Assembly: GCA_963693365.1 (NCBI GenBank)
Contig: CAVNZM010000012.1
Span: forward strand, 2,852,001-2,916,000
Direction: 5' to 3'
DNA length: 64,000 bases
DNA from: Amoebidium appalachense
Taxonomy: Eukaryota; Protista; Ichthyosporea
In this document: in pieces, positions 32,122-50,737 of the stretch
How the letters are laid out: each line of letters starts with the position of its first letter
Numbering within the stretch: position 1 is the first letter of the stretch
Translations under genes and position numbers: made by a program
The notes under the pieces: model-generated
The model's database searches: none
Seen by the model: the letters and a program-made list of their open reading frames with translations, nothing else
What the model was told of the DNA's origin: nothing

Positions 32122-33738
32122 ACCACCACCACCACCACCACCACCACAAAAAAAAAAAAGGAAAGGAAAAAGGGCCCAAAAAAAATCAGGTTCATTGGCG
32201 TGTGCTTCTGGATTTCTTAGCTATCAGACGAATTAGTAGTCCTTGGTTTCCCAAATGTAATTTCCAGGAAACAAACCAAGTTTACTAGACACAAACTTTT
32301 CAGACAAATTGATTTGAACTCCTCTTTCATTTGAATCGGGGTGGCTGAGTACATACATAAAAAGTCGAGGCAAGCCTGCGTGCGAGAGAGAATACTTACA
32401 CTCAGCCACATATTGAAGGTGCAGTCGGCATTCGAGTTGCCCTTGTAGTCATATGCTGACACTGTGACCTTGTTGAGCCAAAACATGGTCGTTTCGGTTT
32501 GGTTTGGGCTGCTTCGCACGCCTGAGGTGGCAATCAATTTGCCTTGGAATTCACGGATCTGGCTTTGACCCACGATGGTGGAATTCACCTCTTTAACGGC
32601 TAGTCATTGTCGGTGGCAATGTTCTTGTTGACGAGAGACTTGAGAGATACAGCCCAGTTCATGCTAAACTGTTCGGTAGGTCAAGTTTCAACTCTGGGTG
32701 GCTGATCGTCCTCGGCAAGGAAAGGGGCACCTTAATGTAAAAGAGTGCATGGTAGTATAAAATACTATTCTATGACAATGCTGTAAAATGTTGGGGATAT
32801 TGATATGATGTCCCAAGCGTTCTGCTAAATACAGTTGTTCGCTTTTTCAAAATGTCGGCAGAGACCCAACACCGGGCGTGAAGAGGGGGGCATCTATAAC
32901 CATTTGGGGGCCCTGGAGGGGAGGGGGGGGGGGGGGGGGGGTGTACAGGAGAGGGAGGGGGGAGGGGGGAAGGGGTGGAAGAGGCGGGGGGCCGGGGGGG
33001 GGGGGGGGGGGGGGGAGGGGGGGGCGGGGGGGGGGGGGCTCTTACGGATTCGAACGGTAACCATGCAGTCAGGGCCGTCGTGGTTAGCACTAGCAAGCCT
33101 GGCTCTGTAATATACGGTCGTGTTGCCAAGCGGGAATAGCGTGTTGTTGTCTACCGGCGTCTGTTTAGTACCAGGTTCCCCAAGATAAGGGTAGGCAGTG
33201 TGTGTGTAATCGGTGCCGTCGTGTGCTTTGAGTTGTAACTGAAGACGCGGAACAGAAGTTCCCCCGATGATGGGTGAAAGTTTGGCCACGGGGAACTTCA
33301 GGACTTCCAAGCGGCTATATACAGTGCTACCGGTTTGCAATGCACATCCTTGCACCACAAGACTTGGGAACACTGTGTAGGCAGAGATATTATGTGAGTT
33401 GGAGGCATTTTACTTCTTTTATTGGCCCCCGAGTGTGAGACAATGGCATGGCCCCCGCCGGGCCATGACAATGGCATGTAGGTAGTTTCTTTAACATATT
33501 AATGTCATGATTTTTTTGATTTTTATTATTTTTTTTTTTTTGGGGGGGGGGGGGGGGGGGTTTGGAGGGGGGGGGGGGAGGGGGGGGAAAGGGGAGAAGA
33601 GGAGGCTCGTTAGGGTATTCTGGAGGGAAAACAACTTGAGTATAAAAACTGACAAACAAGTTGAACTGGTATGCAGTATGTTATGCGTATCTGCAATGGT
33701 TTCTAACAGAGTCTAACCGTAGACTGAGAGCCCCCGGG

Positions 33739-33781
<43 letters not shown>

Positions 33782-34705
33782 GGGCAAAAAAAATGGTTAC
33801 CCAACGTACCTACTCGGACCTTGACAGAGCACGAGCCACTGTTCCCATAGCTGTAATCGGCCCTGTAGATTGTCGTGTAGTCGTTGACCGCAAGGCTGAA
33901 CGTGTGACTGTCATCACCAGGTAGTATATATCGTGATGGCATCCCCCGTCGCTTTCCCGTCTGCTGCAAGAATCTGAACGAATAGCGAATGGCCAAGAGT
34001 TTCGCCAGTGTTATCCGTAACGGTTGCTGGTGGGAGAATTACTTTTGTCGTGTCTCTGTCAGAGGACACGTACACCAGTGCATCCTTCCCATCATTCGGT
34101 TCAGGACAGGTCAGGTCGGGCTCCTCCGTGTCAACTGCAAAGGTTCAACAGTGTTAGACTCAGGCCCATAGAAGGAAAAGTGATGTGCATGCATGCCGAT
34201 AGCCCGCCCTCGCTGAAGATGTTGTATAAGCCTAACCCCCCCCCCCCCTCCCCCCCCCCCCCAAAAAAAAAAAAAAAAAAGAGATTTTTTTTTTTGTGGT
34301 GACCGACTTACCTAATTGGACTTTGATGCTGCAGACACCGTGAGCCTGGTTGCCAGCCGCATCTGCAACGGCCGATAGAGAACTTCGACCAACACGTATT
34401 TAGAAGTTGATTGCCCATCGTCGGCGACGATCACCACAGCATTATCCGAATTGTATTTGATGCAAACGCGTTCGTCGGCTGTTCTGATGTAATCATCGGT
34501 TGAAGTAGGCTGATCGGGTAAGGCATGGAGAGCTTTACCATCGACGTTATCCGTTGCTGTTATAAATTCTGGCACATCTGTGCTGAAGTGGGTGCACGTA
34601 TCTCTTGGTTTCCCCCCTTAGCTGTTTCATACACAGCGGGGGTCATCACGTATGGTTCGGTCGGGCAGCCTGCGATCTTCGGAGCCGTCACATCCACTGT
34701 GGAAT
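31119..34705 (-). pseudogene. Pseudogene of a HYR (hyalin-repeat/Ig-like) multi-repeat protein
   Basis: Exon-like blocks 34312-34705, 33810-34134, 33046-33372, 32400-32730, 31771-32062 and 31119-31609 have splice-site borders. HYR motifs: DVTAPKIAGCP..ITATDNVDG..DAAGNQAHGVCSIKV, DTEEPDLTCP..ATVTDNTG..GNSGSCSVKVRV, FPLGNTTVYYRA..CMVTV, AYDYKGNSNADCTF. Several frameshifts and in-frame stops. The 5' end was not located. Confidence 0.75.
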
Positions 34706-34734
34706 CTAGACACACACGTGACTTCTCCTCTACC

Positions 34735-34771
<37 letters not shown>

Positions 34772-34927
34772 ACCCAGCCCCCAGGGGCCCCTTCATCACA
34801 TACGCATACAGATGATAGAAACCCTCCCATCTAATGCAACTGACGGGAAAACACATCCCGCAGAAGTGACACATCAGAAAACATACCCAGTTATATTTAA
34901 TGCAGAAAACCATCTGCACAGCCCCAG

Positions 34928-34962
<35 letters not shown>

Positions 34963-35419
34963 TTCCGCCCCACACACACATACATCGGTTAAAGTGGACG
35001 AGTATTCAGGAGTGAACAGCCCACTTCATCACTTTGGTTGCATTGAAGTGGTCTAGTGGTCTCATTCCAGTAACTTTTCACTGTCCAATCCATTCTGCCT
35101 GGGCCCAGAGTAAAGGGGTGGCGCACCCGCAGTCCCCCCCCCCCCCCCCCCCTCTTATTTCCTCCCCACCTCCCTTCCATTTCTCCCCCCGTCCTTCTCC
35201 TTCACTTTGTTTCCCCATCTCTCCATCCCCCTCCCCCCCCCCCCCCCCCCCCCCCCCCCGCGCGCCCCCCCGCCCCGTCCGCCTTGTGGCTTCGGTTTCC
35301 CCTGCTCCCTCCCTGCTCCACTTCTCTTCTATTGTTGACACCATGTTGTAGTCGAAGTAACTAGTTAACTGTGCACGTGCCGTTAGCTACTCAGTATCGA
35401 ATTAGCATTGCAAAGCAAC

Positions 35420-35459
<40 letters not shown>

Positions 35460-35868
35460 ATGCCCTTGCCTCCTTTTTTTTTAACACATACATTCCACTA
35501 CACACTTATCCGTGTGTTTCTGTTGTAAGCATACGTGGAAAATAAAGGATCTGCATCATTGAAATTTTCAACAATTTATCTTCGTATGTAGGGCGAATGT
35601 GTATGTCATGTATACAAACTCAGATGGTCATGACAGGGAGCGCCCGAGACAGAAAAGAGGGGAGGGGACCTGCAATTTGATTGGCTGTGAGAGTAATCAA
35701 ACGGTGGAGTTCTATTTGACATTAATTTTCAGCACATATTTTCAGCCCCTTGTTGAGCCAATATCATGTCACCACCACAAAGTGTGTTTTGTTTAGTAAT
35801 GTGCCACTGGATACCCATACAAGGGCATAAGCTGTTTTCTACTTTTCGCAATTGAAACCAAAAGATCG

Positions 35869-35908
<40 letters not shown>

Positions 35909-36190
35909 ATCCCCCCCTTCTCCTCCATGCCACCGATAATGATTCCTCTCGATGCAATCCATCTTCAACCAAAGAGAGGGTTGCGTTCAAGGGCAAATCT
36001 TTTCCCGGATTGCCGTATATTTTTATTTTTTATTTTTTTTATTATTCCCCCCCTCTCCCCCTCTCCCCCCCCCCCTCCCCCAGACTTTCTTCCATGCACA
36101 TGCTCGCCCGCACTGACACGCCCGCACGCCCGCACACAAACACACACACACACACACACAAAACACACACACGCACACACACACACACGC

Positions 36191-36267
<77 letters not shown>

Positions 36268-37730
36268 CACACACGTGGCACACACACCCCAGTGCGGACC
36301 CACCCTCCCCACCTTCCAACCACCCCCCCCCCCCCCCCCCCCCCTCCCCCCCCAGTGGCACCCAGGCCTCTCTGAGTCATACGATCCCCGTCCGCACATA
36401 TCCACCGTGCCCTACCGTGGACATAATTACAATATAGCTTTAGCTCGAATCAAAAAGGCATTAGCCCCATGAGCTATGCATGGGCACGAGATATGTGTGC
36501 AGGAGCGCTGCGCAGTAGCACAGCTTGCAGACATAATACACAAACAGAAACGCAACGCCATGCACTGACATGGCACCGTGAGCCGTGGAACCTGAGACTT
36601 GAGGCTGTAACTTGAGTCTTATCAACACACCGCGAAACATACCTTGTGCCTGGCAGGCACATGCACAAGTAAATTTAACGACACTCATCCCAATTCGAGT
36701 ACTCTTTTATGCGCCTGTATGTATAATACATGTACAAGTCTTAGTGAGGGCTAGGGCTAGCATATCATATACACACTTATGCCGGTCTGGCCGTGTACAC
36801 CAGGCGAATTTCAGACTGGAGCAACACGAAACAACACACAAACCTACTCACTCAGCTGAGAAGACTCCATGTTCAAAAAGGGGCGATCGATGCAGCGCAC
36901 GCACAGATACCCTTACTTGTGCCATGACAAGACCGGCCGGGCCAAAAATTCGAAGTTAAGGCACCTTAAAATTATTTGCACCAATCATCAAGGGGGTGGA
37001 CCGTGGACTCGAGCCATACACTGCCGGTGACTTTTAGTATTATAATTTTTATCCCTCTGGAATTTCACGTCATACGGACCTCATGAACTCATTGCTTTCA
37101 ATGATCGATGACAGTATAGGTGCTCGAATCATATATCAGCATCATTTAGAGCTGTAAAAATCGGCATTTACCCAACGTTTTTATTCATACATCATAAATA
37201 TTTGTTGCTTACAGTAGATACTACCATATTATCCAGGCTGGTAAACAACGGCCCCGCTCTGATTGGATACAAAGTGATTGGATAGCGAATAGCCCATATT
37301 TGGTTATGTTCAGGAATTTGGAGACTAAAAAAAGCCACGAACACTCCAAGCTTTGTACAACGGTGAGCTGAATCAGCTGATATAGTAAACTACGTAGTGG
37401 CTTTTTTGTTTGTTTATTTGTTTGTTTGTTTTCCTATTTCTTTTATTTCTCATGAGCTATAAATATATATATATTATCCCTCTTATCAGTAATGCAAAAC
37501 CCAGTTTGGCTTGGCCCAGGCCCTATAGTAGTTCAACCTGCCAACGGCCCGCCGCCAGGCAAAAAAGTCAGCTGACCGTCTCATCAACGTTCACTTCGAA
37601 CCAGTCGCGCCCAAGCAGGCTTATGAACAGACCCTCTTTTTACATTTCATACAAACACCTTCCAAAATCCTGCACTTTCACACACACACACATATACCCA
37701 CAACACCTCCACTAACAAAACTCACCGAAA

Positions 37731-42931
<5,201 letters not shown>

Positions 42932-44081
42932 GAAGGAATCATGTTTTATGTTTCGGCTCGGAGGTGGTGTTGTTTATCAAGGGGTAGCATAAAACCTAGT
43001 TTTTATTGTGGAAATTGGACTTGGAGGAGATTGTGATAGTCTGATTTTAGGATTGATAATATTCAACCATGCAATCCATCCTATGTTCAGGTTAGACCGG
43101 GATTAAAAAAATTCAATTCTCCTCTTTCTTTTGTTTTTTTGTTTTTCTTTTCTTTTCTTTTTCTTTTTTCTTTTTTCCCCACAGCTTCACGTTAAAATAT
43201 TCACCCGTGGGTGTAGACTCTTCCCTCGTTCCATGATAACTGCTGATATAATTCTTAGGTAGGTAGTATGATTAAAAGTCAAAATGGGTTGATTCACTGT
43301 GAGTATAGTAGGGCCAACGATGTACTGTGGAGATTTGATTGGGAAATACAACATTTCAACCCAAGAGAGTTGTCATATATGGGCCGAGTTGTTGATCTGT
43401 GATTGGTGGAAAGCACCCAATCGGAGGGCATGCTGGTGTTGCAGACGTGGCAGCCGGCTGTAGATGTGGTGTGGAAATTGAAGGTGCTAGTGTGGTAGTC
43501 AGGATGCACTATAGGGGAGTTCAAGGAGGGAGGGGAGGGGATGGGGGGGGGAGGGGTGTAGGTGGTGGTGGTGGTAGGGTGGGGGGAGGGGGTTGAGGAG
43601 AGAGAGGGATTCCCACAATATTGCATGTCGCTCTGCACGTATGTACGATACCGCATTAAAATACGCATGAGGACACATTCGCTCCCCCCCCCCCCCCCGG
43701 GCAAGAGTCGAAGTGGTCACCGTTGCTAGCTCACTTTCGTTGTATTGGGAAACGCTATCTTACATACACATTGACAGCTTCAGACACAGAGTTCATGACG
43801 ACAAATTACCCAGATGTGACATCGGCCCGTGGGGGGGGGGGGGGGGGGGGGGGGGGGGGAGGGGGGGGGGGGGGAAGGAGGGGAGGAGGGGAGGGGGAGG
43901 GGGATTGAAGGTTAGCAGCAGCTGCTAACCCTCATTCCCCCACTTCGACTCTTGCCCGAGGGCGGTTCGCGGCGGCGCAGGCGGGGGGGAGGAAGAGAAG
44001 CGGGCAGGGGGGAGGGGGGGGGGAGAGGGAGAAACGTTTGTGAGTGTTCACATGATGTTGGGCCGTGCTCGCGCACACGCC

Positions 44082-44155
<74 letters not shown>

Positions 44156-45148
44156 CGTGCGTGTGTGTGTGTGTGTGTGTGTGTGCACGCGCGTTTGCAC
44201 GCGCGTGCGTGCGTGCGCGCGCGCCCACACGCCCGTGCAAACAAGAAAACAAACAAAAGCCGACACAACTAGTATTCACTGTGATATTAAGACAACGCGT
44301 TGACCCAAACCCCAAAACAAAGCAACCTCCATTCGAGAACCCCCGAAACTTCAAAACAAAAAACAACGAAATAGTAATCAAAAACAAACTAAAAACCCAA
44401 AAACAAACCCAAAAAAAAAAAAAAAAAAAAAAAAATGTTTGCACCTGAATGCACCTTAAAAACCCAAAGAAAGTTTGAGATTGCACGGATTGCCGACGCA
44501 TAGCAACTGAGTAGGGGGGAGCAGCCACTAAAACGACTGAAGAGATTCCATGGCCATGGCACTTCATGCATGTGCACGCTCTGGCCAGTGAAACGCTACA
44601 TGACCATATTTGGCATAGGAACAGAGCCTCAGCCCTCCATGCAGTGCATGGCCGCCCACGTGTGCTGTAGCTAATCCCCCCCCCCCCCCCCCCCCCTCCC
44701 CCCCCCCTGCACCGCCGCTGCCACCGCTCAAACAAGTCCCACCTCCTCCGAGAAAGCGTGGGTCCATTTTCCCGGATAGGGTGGGGCATGTTTGAGCAAG
44801 GGGGAGGGGGGGGTAAGGGGGGAGCCCTGGGGGGGGGGGGGGGGGGATGGAGGGGGGTAAACAATGTAAGTAACAGGCCCGAGGAATTCCCTTAAAGCCC
44901 TACTAGAATCTGGACCCTGCCTTCGTTTTACTTGTCACGACGACTGCACGGAAGGGGAGGGTGGGGGGGGTGGGGTGGGTGGGGAGGGGGGGGTTGGGGG
45001 GCAAGGGTTGATTTGAACCTTTCTATATCAGGTCTCAGTCAGTACCGCTGTCTTGTGGTGGGTACCAGCCCCATGGGACCTATATATCCACGTTCTAGAC
45101 TGAGCCCGTCAGACAGACATGGCAGAACAATCGGACTATACTATTCAC

Positions 45149-45191
<43 letters not shown>

Positions 45192-45419
45192 AGGGGGGAA
45201 GGGGGGGGGAAGGGGGGAAGTTCCATAATTATAAGCTCCGTCCTTCGATGTGATCTCGTTTGCGATTGGAGCATGTGTGAACACAGCAGCATCTAATGAT
45301 ATGTTCTCCCCCCCCCCCCCCCCCCCCCCACCCTCCTCCTACTCCCCCGGGTGCCAAATGAACATGGCAGTGGCTCTCCACATCACATGCACCGCAGCCA
45401 CTTTTTTTTTTTTTTTTTT

Positions 45420-45452
<33 letters not shown>

Positions 45453-45943
45453 GGGGAGGGGAGAGGAGGGGGGGGGGGGGGGGGGGGGTTTACTGGCGGA
45501 CGTCGAGGGCATTTGCAACATGTGTGCTCATTGCCATCCGCAGACTTGTCATTGGATTGGTAATAAAATCAATTTTCAAGTTTTTTATTGATGTTTTGGT
45601 GGTAGCAAGGTCAAATGGCCCAGAATCTTGGTGTATGATCATGAGACCGTAGGTTCTATACAATAGACACTGTGACTGCTAGTACACAAGTTCATCATTA
45701 ATGATTTTGATGTCACCGTAGGCTAATGTACAGTAAGGCTAAGCAGGCTTCCTTTTTTCACTGGCTGTTCTCCTACTATATTGCATTCTTCAGAAGGGGA
45801 CCAGCCCTGCGCAAGAGAGAATAACCTTAAGGCAATAATGAAGTATTTTATAGAATATCATCTAGATTCTAGCTTAATTAAAAAAGAAAAGAAAAAGAAC
45901 AACAACTGCTCAAAAAGCTCTTTGGGTACACTTTGTTGGTGAA

Positions 45944-46060
45944 CTATTCCTCGGTGACACGTGCACGGGCAGCAATCTTTTCCTTTGCCACGTGCATGAG
46001 AAAACAGATTGTCCACACAAGGGTGAACCCCACCAGCATGATCGGGTACCAGAACAGTGC
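45944..46060 (-). pseudogene. Isolated 3'-terminal fragment of a paralog of the rolling stone-like gene
   Basis: ALFWYPIMLVGFTLVWTICFLMHVAKEKIAARARVTEE* aligns to ALMWYPAMLVLFTLVWTLCFLATVAKEKIAAK of the gene at 42.7-42.8 kb. No upstream exons were found. Confidence 0.85.
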
Positions 46061-46075
46061 CTTACACATACACAG

Positions 46076-46226
46076 GCACGTTTGCAGCGTCATGCAGGGG
46101 GGTGATCATCAAGTTTCTGGGGCTGACCAGCCACGCGTCTGCGCCTGAGGATGGGCGCAGTCCGGCCATGTCCTGTGCAAACCTCACAAAGTTCTTCACG
46201 GACCTGCCCAGCGCCGCAAAATACAA
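46076..46226 (+). other. Orphan exon-like segment of unknown gene
   Basis: ACATACACAG acceptor, open frame GTFAASCRGVIIKFLGLTSHASAPEDGRSPAMSCANLTKFFTDLPSAAKYK, donor GTAGGT. Confidence 0.45.
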
Positions 46227-46384
46227 GTAGGTTTTACTGTTAGAATTTAACTTCTTCTTTAAAATTTTGTAACAAAGTTCTTCACGGAGCTGCCCAGCGC
46301 CGCAAAATACGAGTAGGTCTTACTGTTAAAATTTAATCCTGTTTTAAAACTTTGTAACAAAGTTCTTCACGGACCTGCCCAGCA
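46187..46384 (+). repeat. Tandem repeat, ~85-bp unit x2.3
   Basis: ACAAAGTTCTTCACGGA(C/G)CTGCCCAGC starts near 46187, 46272 and 46357. Confidence 0.9.
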
Positions 46385-47311
46385 CCCTACCGTTAAGGAT
46401 GTGTTAACCCTCCTAACTAGTCGCCAGATCCTTGCATCACCCTACTCCCCCCAGACAAATGGGTTGGTTGAACGGTTCAATCGCACCCTTAAGAGTATTC
46501 TTGCGCAAGTGGCTACAGACAAGTTAACGGAGTGGGACACGTTTTTGCCCCAGGTGCTGTTTGCCTACCACACGGCTATGCACTCCGCACTGGGCGACAG
46601 TCCTTTCTTCCTTTTGTATGGCCGGGACCCCCGTGACCCCTTTGTGGAGAAACTGGGCCCCGAGTACAGCAGAGCCACTAAGGAGCATCGGTATGCACTC
46701 TGGGAGCGATTGACCTATGCGCGCGATGTGGTTCGTGCACGTATGGTTACCGAGCAAGATCGGCACCGCAAATCAGCCAATCAGAGGGCGCGGCCTGTTC
46801 CCGATTTGGCAGATTTGGTGCTCAAGCTCGACAACACCCTCAACAACAAGAAGGCGGTTGATGGTGATGGTAACCAGCTGTATGAGGCTGCTAGCCTACG
46901 GGACAAGTGGGTGGGGCCCTACCGGGTTTTGCGCAAAGTCGCGCCACTTACCTACGATATTCAGCGGGTGGGGACACAGGAGCTGGAGCTTTCTAACCAT
47001 ATGTACCCCGCACGGATGGACCCCCTACCTCACTACCTGAGCCCCGTGTGGCATATGACGCTGTGACCGTGGAAGTGGCTAAGATTATTGACCATAAATG
47101 GGAAAATGGTCGCGCCCTCTACAAAGTTCGCTGGAAGGGGTTTAAGGCTACCGATGATTCGTGGGAGTCGCATGCAAACTTGTCTGAGTCGGCCTCGGGT
47201 GCCTTAGCTGATTATTTGCAGCAAGTGATTCGGCCCCCCAGTGAGGAGCCAATCAAAAATCAGCGCAAGGGCACCCAACAGCATGTGCGCAAACGCAGAC
47301 GTAAAGGTTGA
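46385..47311 (+). mobile_element. 5'-truncated Ty3/Gypsy chromovirus: integrase C-terminal half, GPY motif and chromodomain
   Basis: ORF 46401-47066 has SPYSPQTNGLVERFNRTLK..W..LPQVLFAY..HSALGDSPFFLLYGRDP and KWVGPYRV. Frameshifted ORF 47048-47311 has a chromodomain, VAKIIDHKWENGRALYKVRWKGFKATDDSWE. Confidence 0.93.
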
Positions 47312-47379
47312 TCCCCCTTAAGGGCAGGGCATGTGGGCACTCAGGCAGTTGCCCTTCGTTGCCCCTAGGGAGGGGGGGG

Positions 47380-48084
47380 TGTAGACATGGTTGTGTACAT
47401 TCACGTGCACACCGTGCTGTTCCCCCACAACCAGTCTACGTGCCTTTGTGTCTTCTCGCCAGAGGCTGGAATAGAGCCTCGGAAGCAGCTACCAATCGGC
47501 TGCATCACTTTTAGCTGTATTCCTTATTAGGGCAGTTTAGCTGTATTCCTTATTAGGGCAGTTGCTCTGCACCTTAAGTTTGCAGTTAGGAGCGATGCAA
47601 AGAACGTGAACACTTTGCCAGCATGTATCTTAGGTGTACGGCACACACTGTGTGCCGTAGACACTTTATTGGGCACTAGACATACACATGTAGCACTGTA
47701 GTATAACTTGAAGCTAGATCATGATCACCCAGGAGAAGCTCATGTACTCAAGTACTGTATATGTCATGTACTTTATTTTAAGTAGGGCCACATGCCTATT
47801 GGCTGTCGCCTTACAAAAGTATGCGAGCAGTGCTCTCCGGACCGGCGGAAACCAAGGGACTATAAAAGGCTGGTACATTCCAGACTTGGGTCACTTGGGC
47901 GGGGCTGTGTGTCCGAGTAAACGTTACACTAGTCGTGCGGTGTCAGACTAGCTGTAGCACCCGCTTTCTTGCAATTGTCTCTATACTTACGTGCTTCTCC
48001 TAGCCTGCATATGTTAACTAGGGCATAGTATTAGTGTATACACACCCTGGTTTTCAGGAGGCAGACAAGACCCAAGTAATTACA
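47380..48084 (+). mobile_element. 3' LTR (~705 bp) of the chromovirus
   Basis: Polypurine tract GGGAGGGGGGGG (47368-47379) is followed by TGTA...TACA termini. TATAAAA at 47861, an internal 26-bp duplication near 47510-47563, and the LTR ends against (TA)n. Confidence 0.75.
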
Positions 48085-49994
48085 TATATATATATATATA
48101 TATATATCAACAGAGCGCTGCCATGCACACGACATACACATGTGAGGCGATAGAAAGTAGAGTGAGGCGGTAGAAAGTTGGATGCAGCAATTCTAATGTA
48201 TAAGCAACTCGAAGTCGAGAGTTGCTACAGAAATGCACTGTGCTATGGGTTTGGCTGTGTCTGGGGACGCATGCATTTGCGTGACGGGTCAAGCCCAACT
48301 TTGTTCGCGCATGCGTGATGCAGACACAAAGTGACCACAAGGGCACGTTGCAGGAGCTTCAGCGGTACAAGCCACAGTTCGCGTCTGCAGGCGCGCTCGC
48401 AAGCCACGGCATGTGTGCAGTGGTCGGGAACAGCCAAGCCCCAATTTACACCACCGGAAACCACACAGCCCAGGCAGCACAAAGGCTGCCCTGCTAGTCT
48501 TAACCCAAGTGCACGGAAACACAACACGAAAAATCCAAGCACACGTATACGTAGAAACACGACGTAAGAAAGCATGCTAAGCAAGTGTGGACGAAAAGTA
48601 AGCACATTACATGTACAAGCGAAAAATTGAACACAGCTGTAACAGTGCATATTGTTTGGTGCCAGTGCAACACACACACGCCCTTCCTTTTTCAGAGGTG
48701 ATGCCGAATCATCAGCCGCATGTTTAATACTCGTCGTTTTCTCAGGCTGCCTGCCAGTTTGTGGTGTGGACTCTAGTAGGCCTAGGCTGAGGTGCGGGAG
48801 GTATATCTGCAATTGCGTTCTGTTGAGGTGGAGGCTTGGGGCAGTAGGGGCCGAAGGGTCAGCAAGGAGACCGTCGAGTGGTTTGAACGATACAAGGAGG
48901 GCGCCATCGTCGATGTAGGGGAGGAGGAGTAGCAACTACATAGTAGGCAGGAGAGCTAGCTTGTCTTGATGCTTCGGCGCTGACGGCTGATAATTTGTGA
49001 TGCGGCTTCGCAACGGCAGTTACGGCACGCTTCGGGATTGGATATAGCCTTAGAGGGGGGCAAAAGCACGTGATGAGCTGAAATAGCTGATAATAAGACT
49101 GACTTGCCTGTTTGCCGATACACAGTGGATGCCACACCACGGTTTCCGCATCTGTTTTGCATGAAGATTATTTATATTGTACGTTAAATTTTCTTTTCTA
49201 AGTGGCTAAATAGTATATCATTGTCTGTCACAAGAATTTAGGTTGCAGTTTTTTGCCACCCTTAACGAATCAGCATGTAGATTGTCATTTTTGCCGGCTG
49301 GCTGCTTTGTGCGACAGCCTCGGAAATCTCAATCATACATATCCTCTTAGGGAAAGGCTAAGCAGGTAAAAAAAAGTTTATATAGAATGGGATAAGGCGC
49401 AGAAGAATTTTTTCTTTTTTGATCTCTTGAAAACTCAAATCTGATCAGTATGTTCAGTTGCTCAAACTTTCACTTGGGCCACGGATGACGCTACAATGTT
49501 GACGTAACGTAACCCATAGCTCATTGGTTACAGCTGGGATTTGGTCTGATTTGATTGGTGTTAGTTTTGAGCCTTACAGACCAATAGAACCGCATTGCTA
49601 ATGTCATGACATGACAACAGACGAATCACAGCGAAGAACCACGCCGTTACAGCGTTACGGCGTTCCCTAGCTATTTTTTCTTTTCTTTTCTTTTCTTTTT
49701 TTCTTTTGTACAGTACCCAAAGCAGGTCCAAGTGCAGGAAGAATTTTTTTCAACTAAGAAAATTCAAGTGCAGAGTTTAGTAAGTTATGTAGTGGGTCCT
49801 TGGGGATGCCGGCCGGGAAGGTTTTTTCCTGCTGACTTGAACAGGTACATGATGAAAAAAAAAGCGAAAAAAGCGAGATACAAGCGAGATGGGATAACTT
49901 GAAAAAGAGAGATATATGCAAAGTGAGATAACTTGTGAATGAAGGCAAGTTCCGTCAAAAATTAGTCACTCTGGAGTGCTGTCTTCCCTGCGGC

Positions 49995-50509
<515 letters not shown>

Positions 50510-50737
50510 GTTATGTTGCCGCAGGCGGCAGTCACTAGGCAATGTTAAACGTTTGGTCGTAGTGTCGTCATAATGACCTCATCAGGCGGCTGTTCAAAAT
50601 CATGCTAAGGATTCTATATGAAATGAATTGGAATCAATCCACCAATTGACACGCTTGCTTATAAAATTGGAGTTTTTTGATTGATGAATACAGATATTGC
50701 GCGGATTGATTCGTGATTACAACTTTCTAGACCCGAG

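Noticed and set aside
32681-32683. In-frame TGA at a conserved HYR cysteine (PPRVET*P), suggesting selenocysteine or recoding
   Set aside because: The same exon and its neighbours carry frameshifts and other stops, and TGA appears to be a normal stop in the subtilase. A nonsense mutation is simpler.
43294-43515. IVHPDYHTSTF resembling a trypsin-family segment
   Set aside because: No catalytic motifs follow; probably chance.
48107-48125. ATGGCAGCGCTC (MAAL) on the minus strand as a continuation of the rolling-stone paralog beyond the LTR
   Set aside because: Only about 11 nt match and flanking codons show no similarity.
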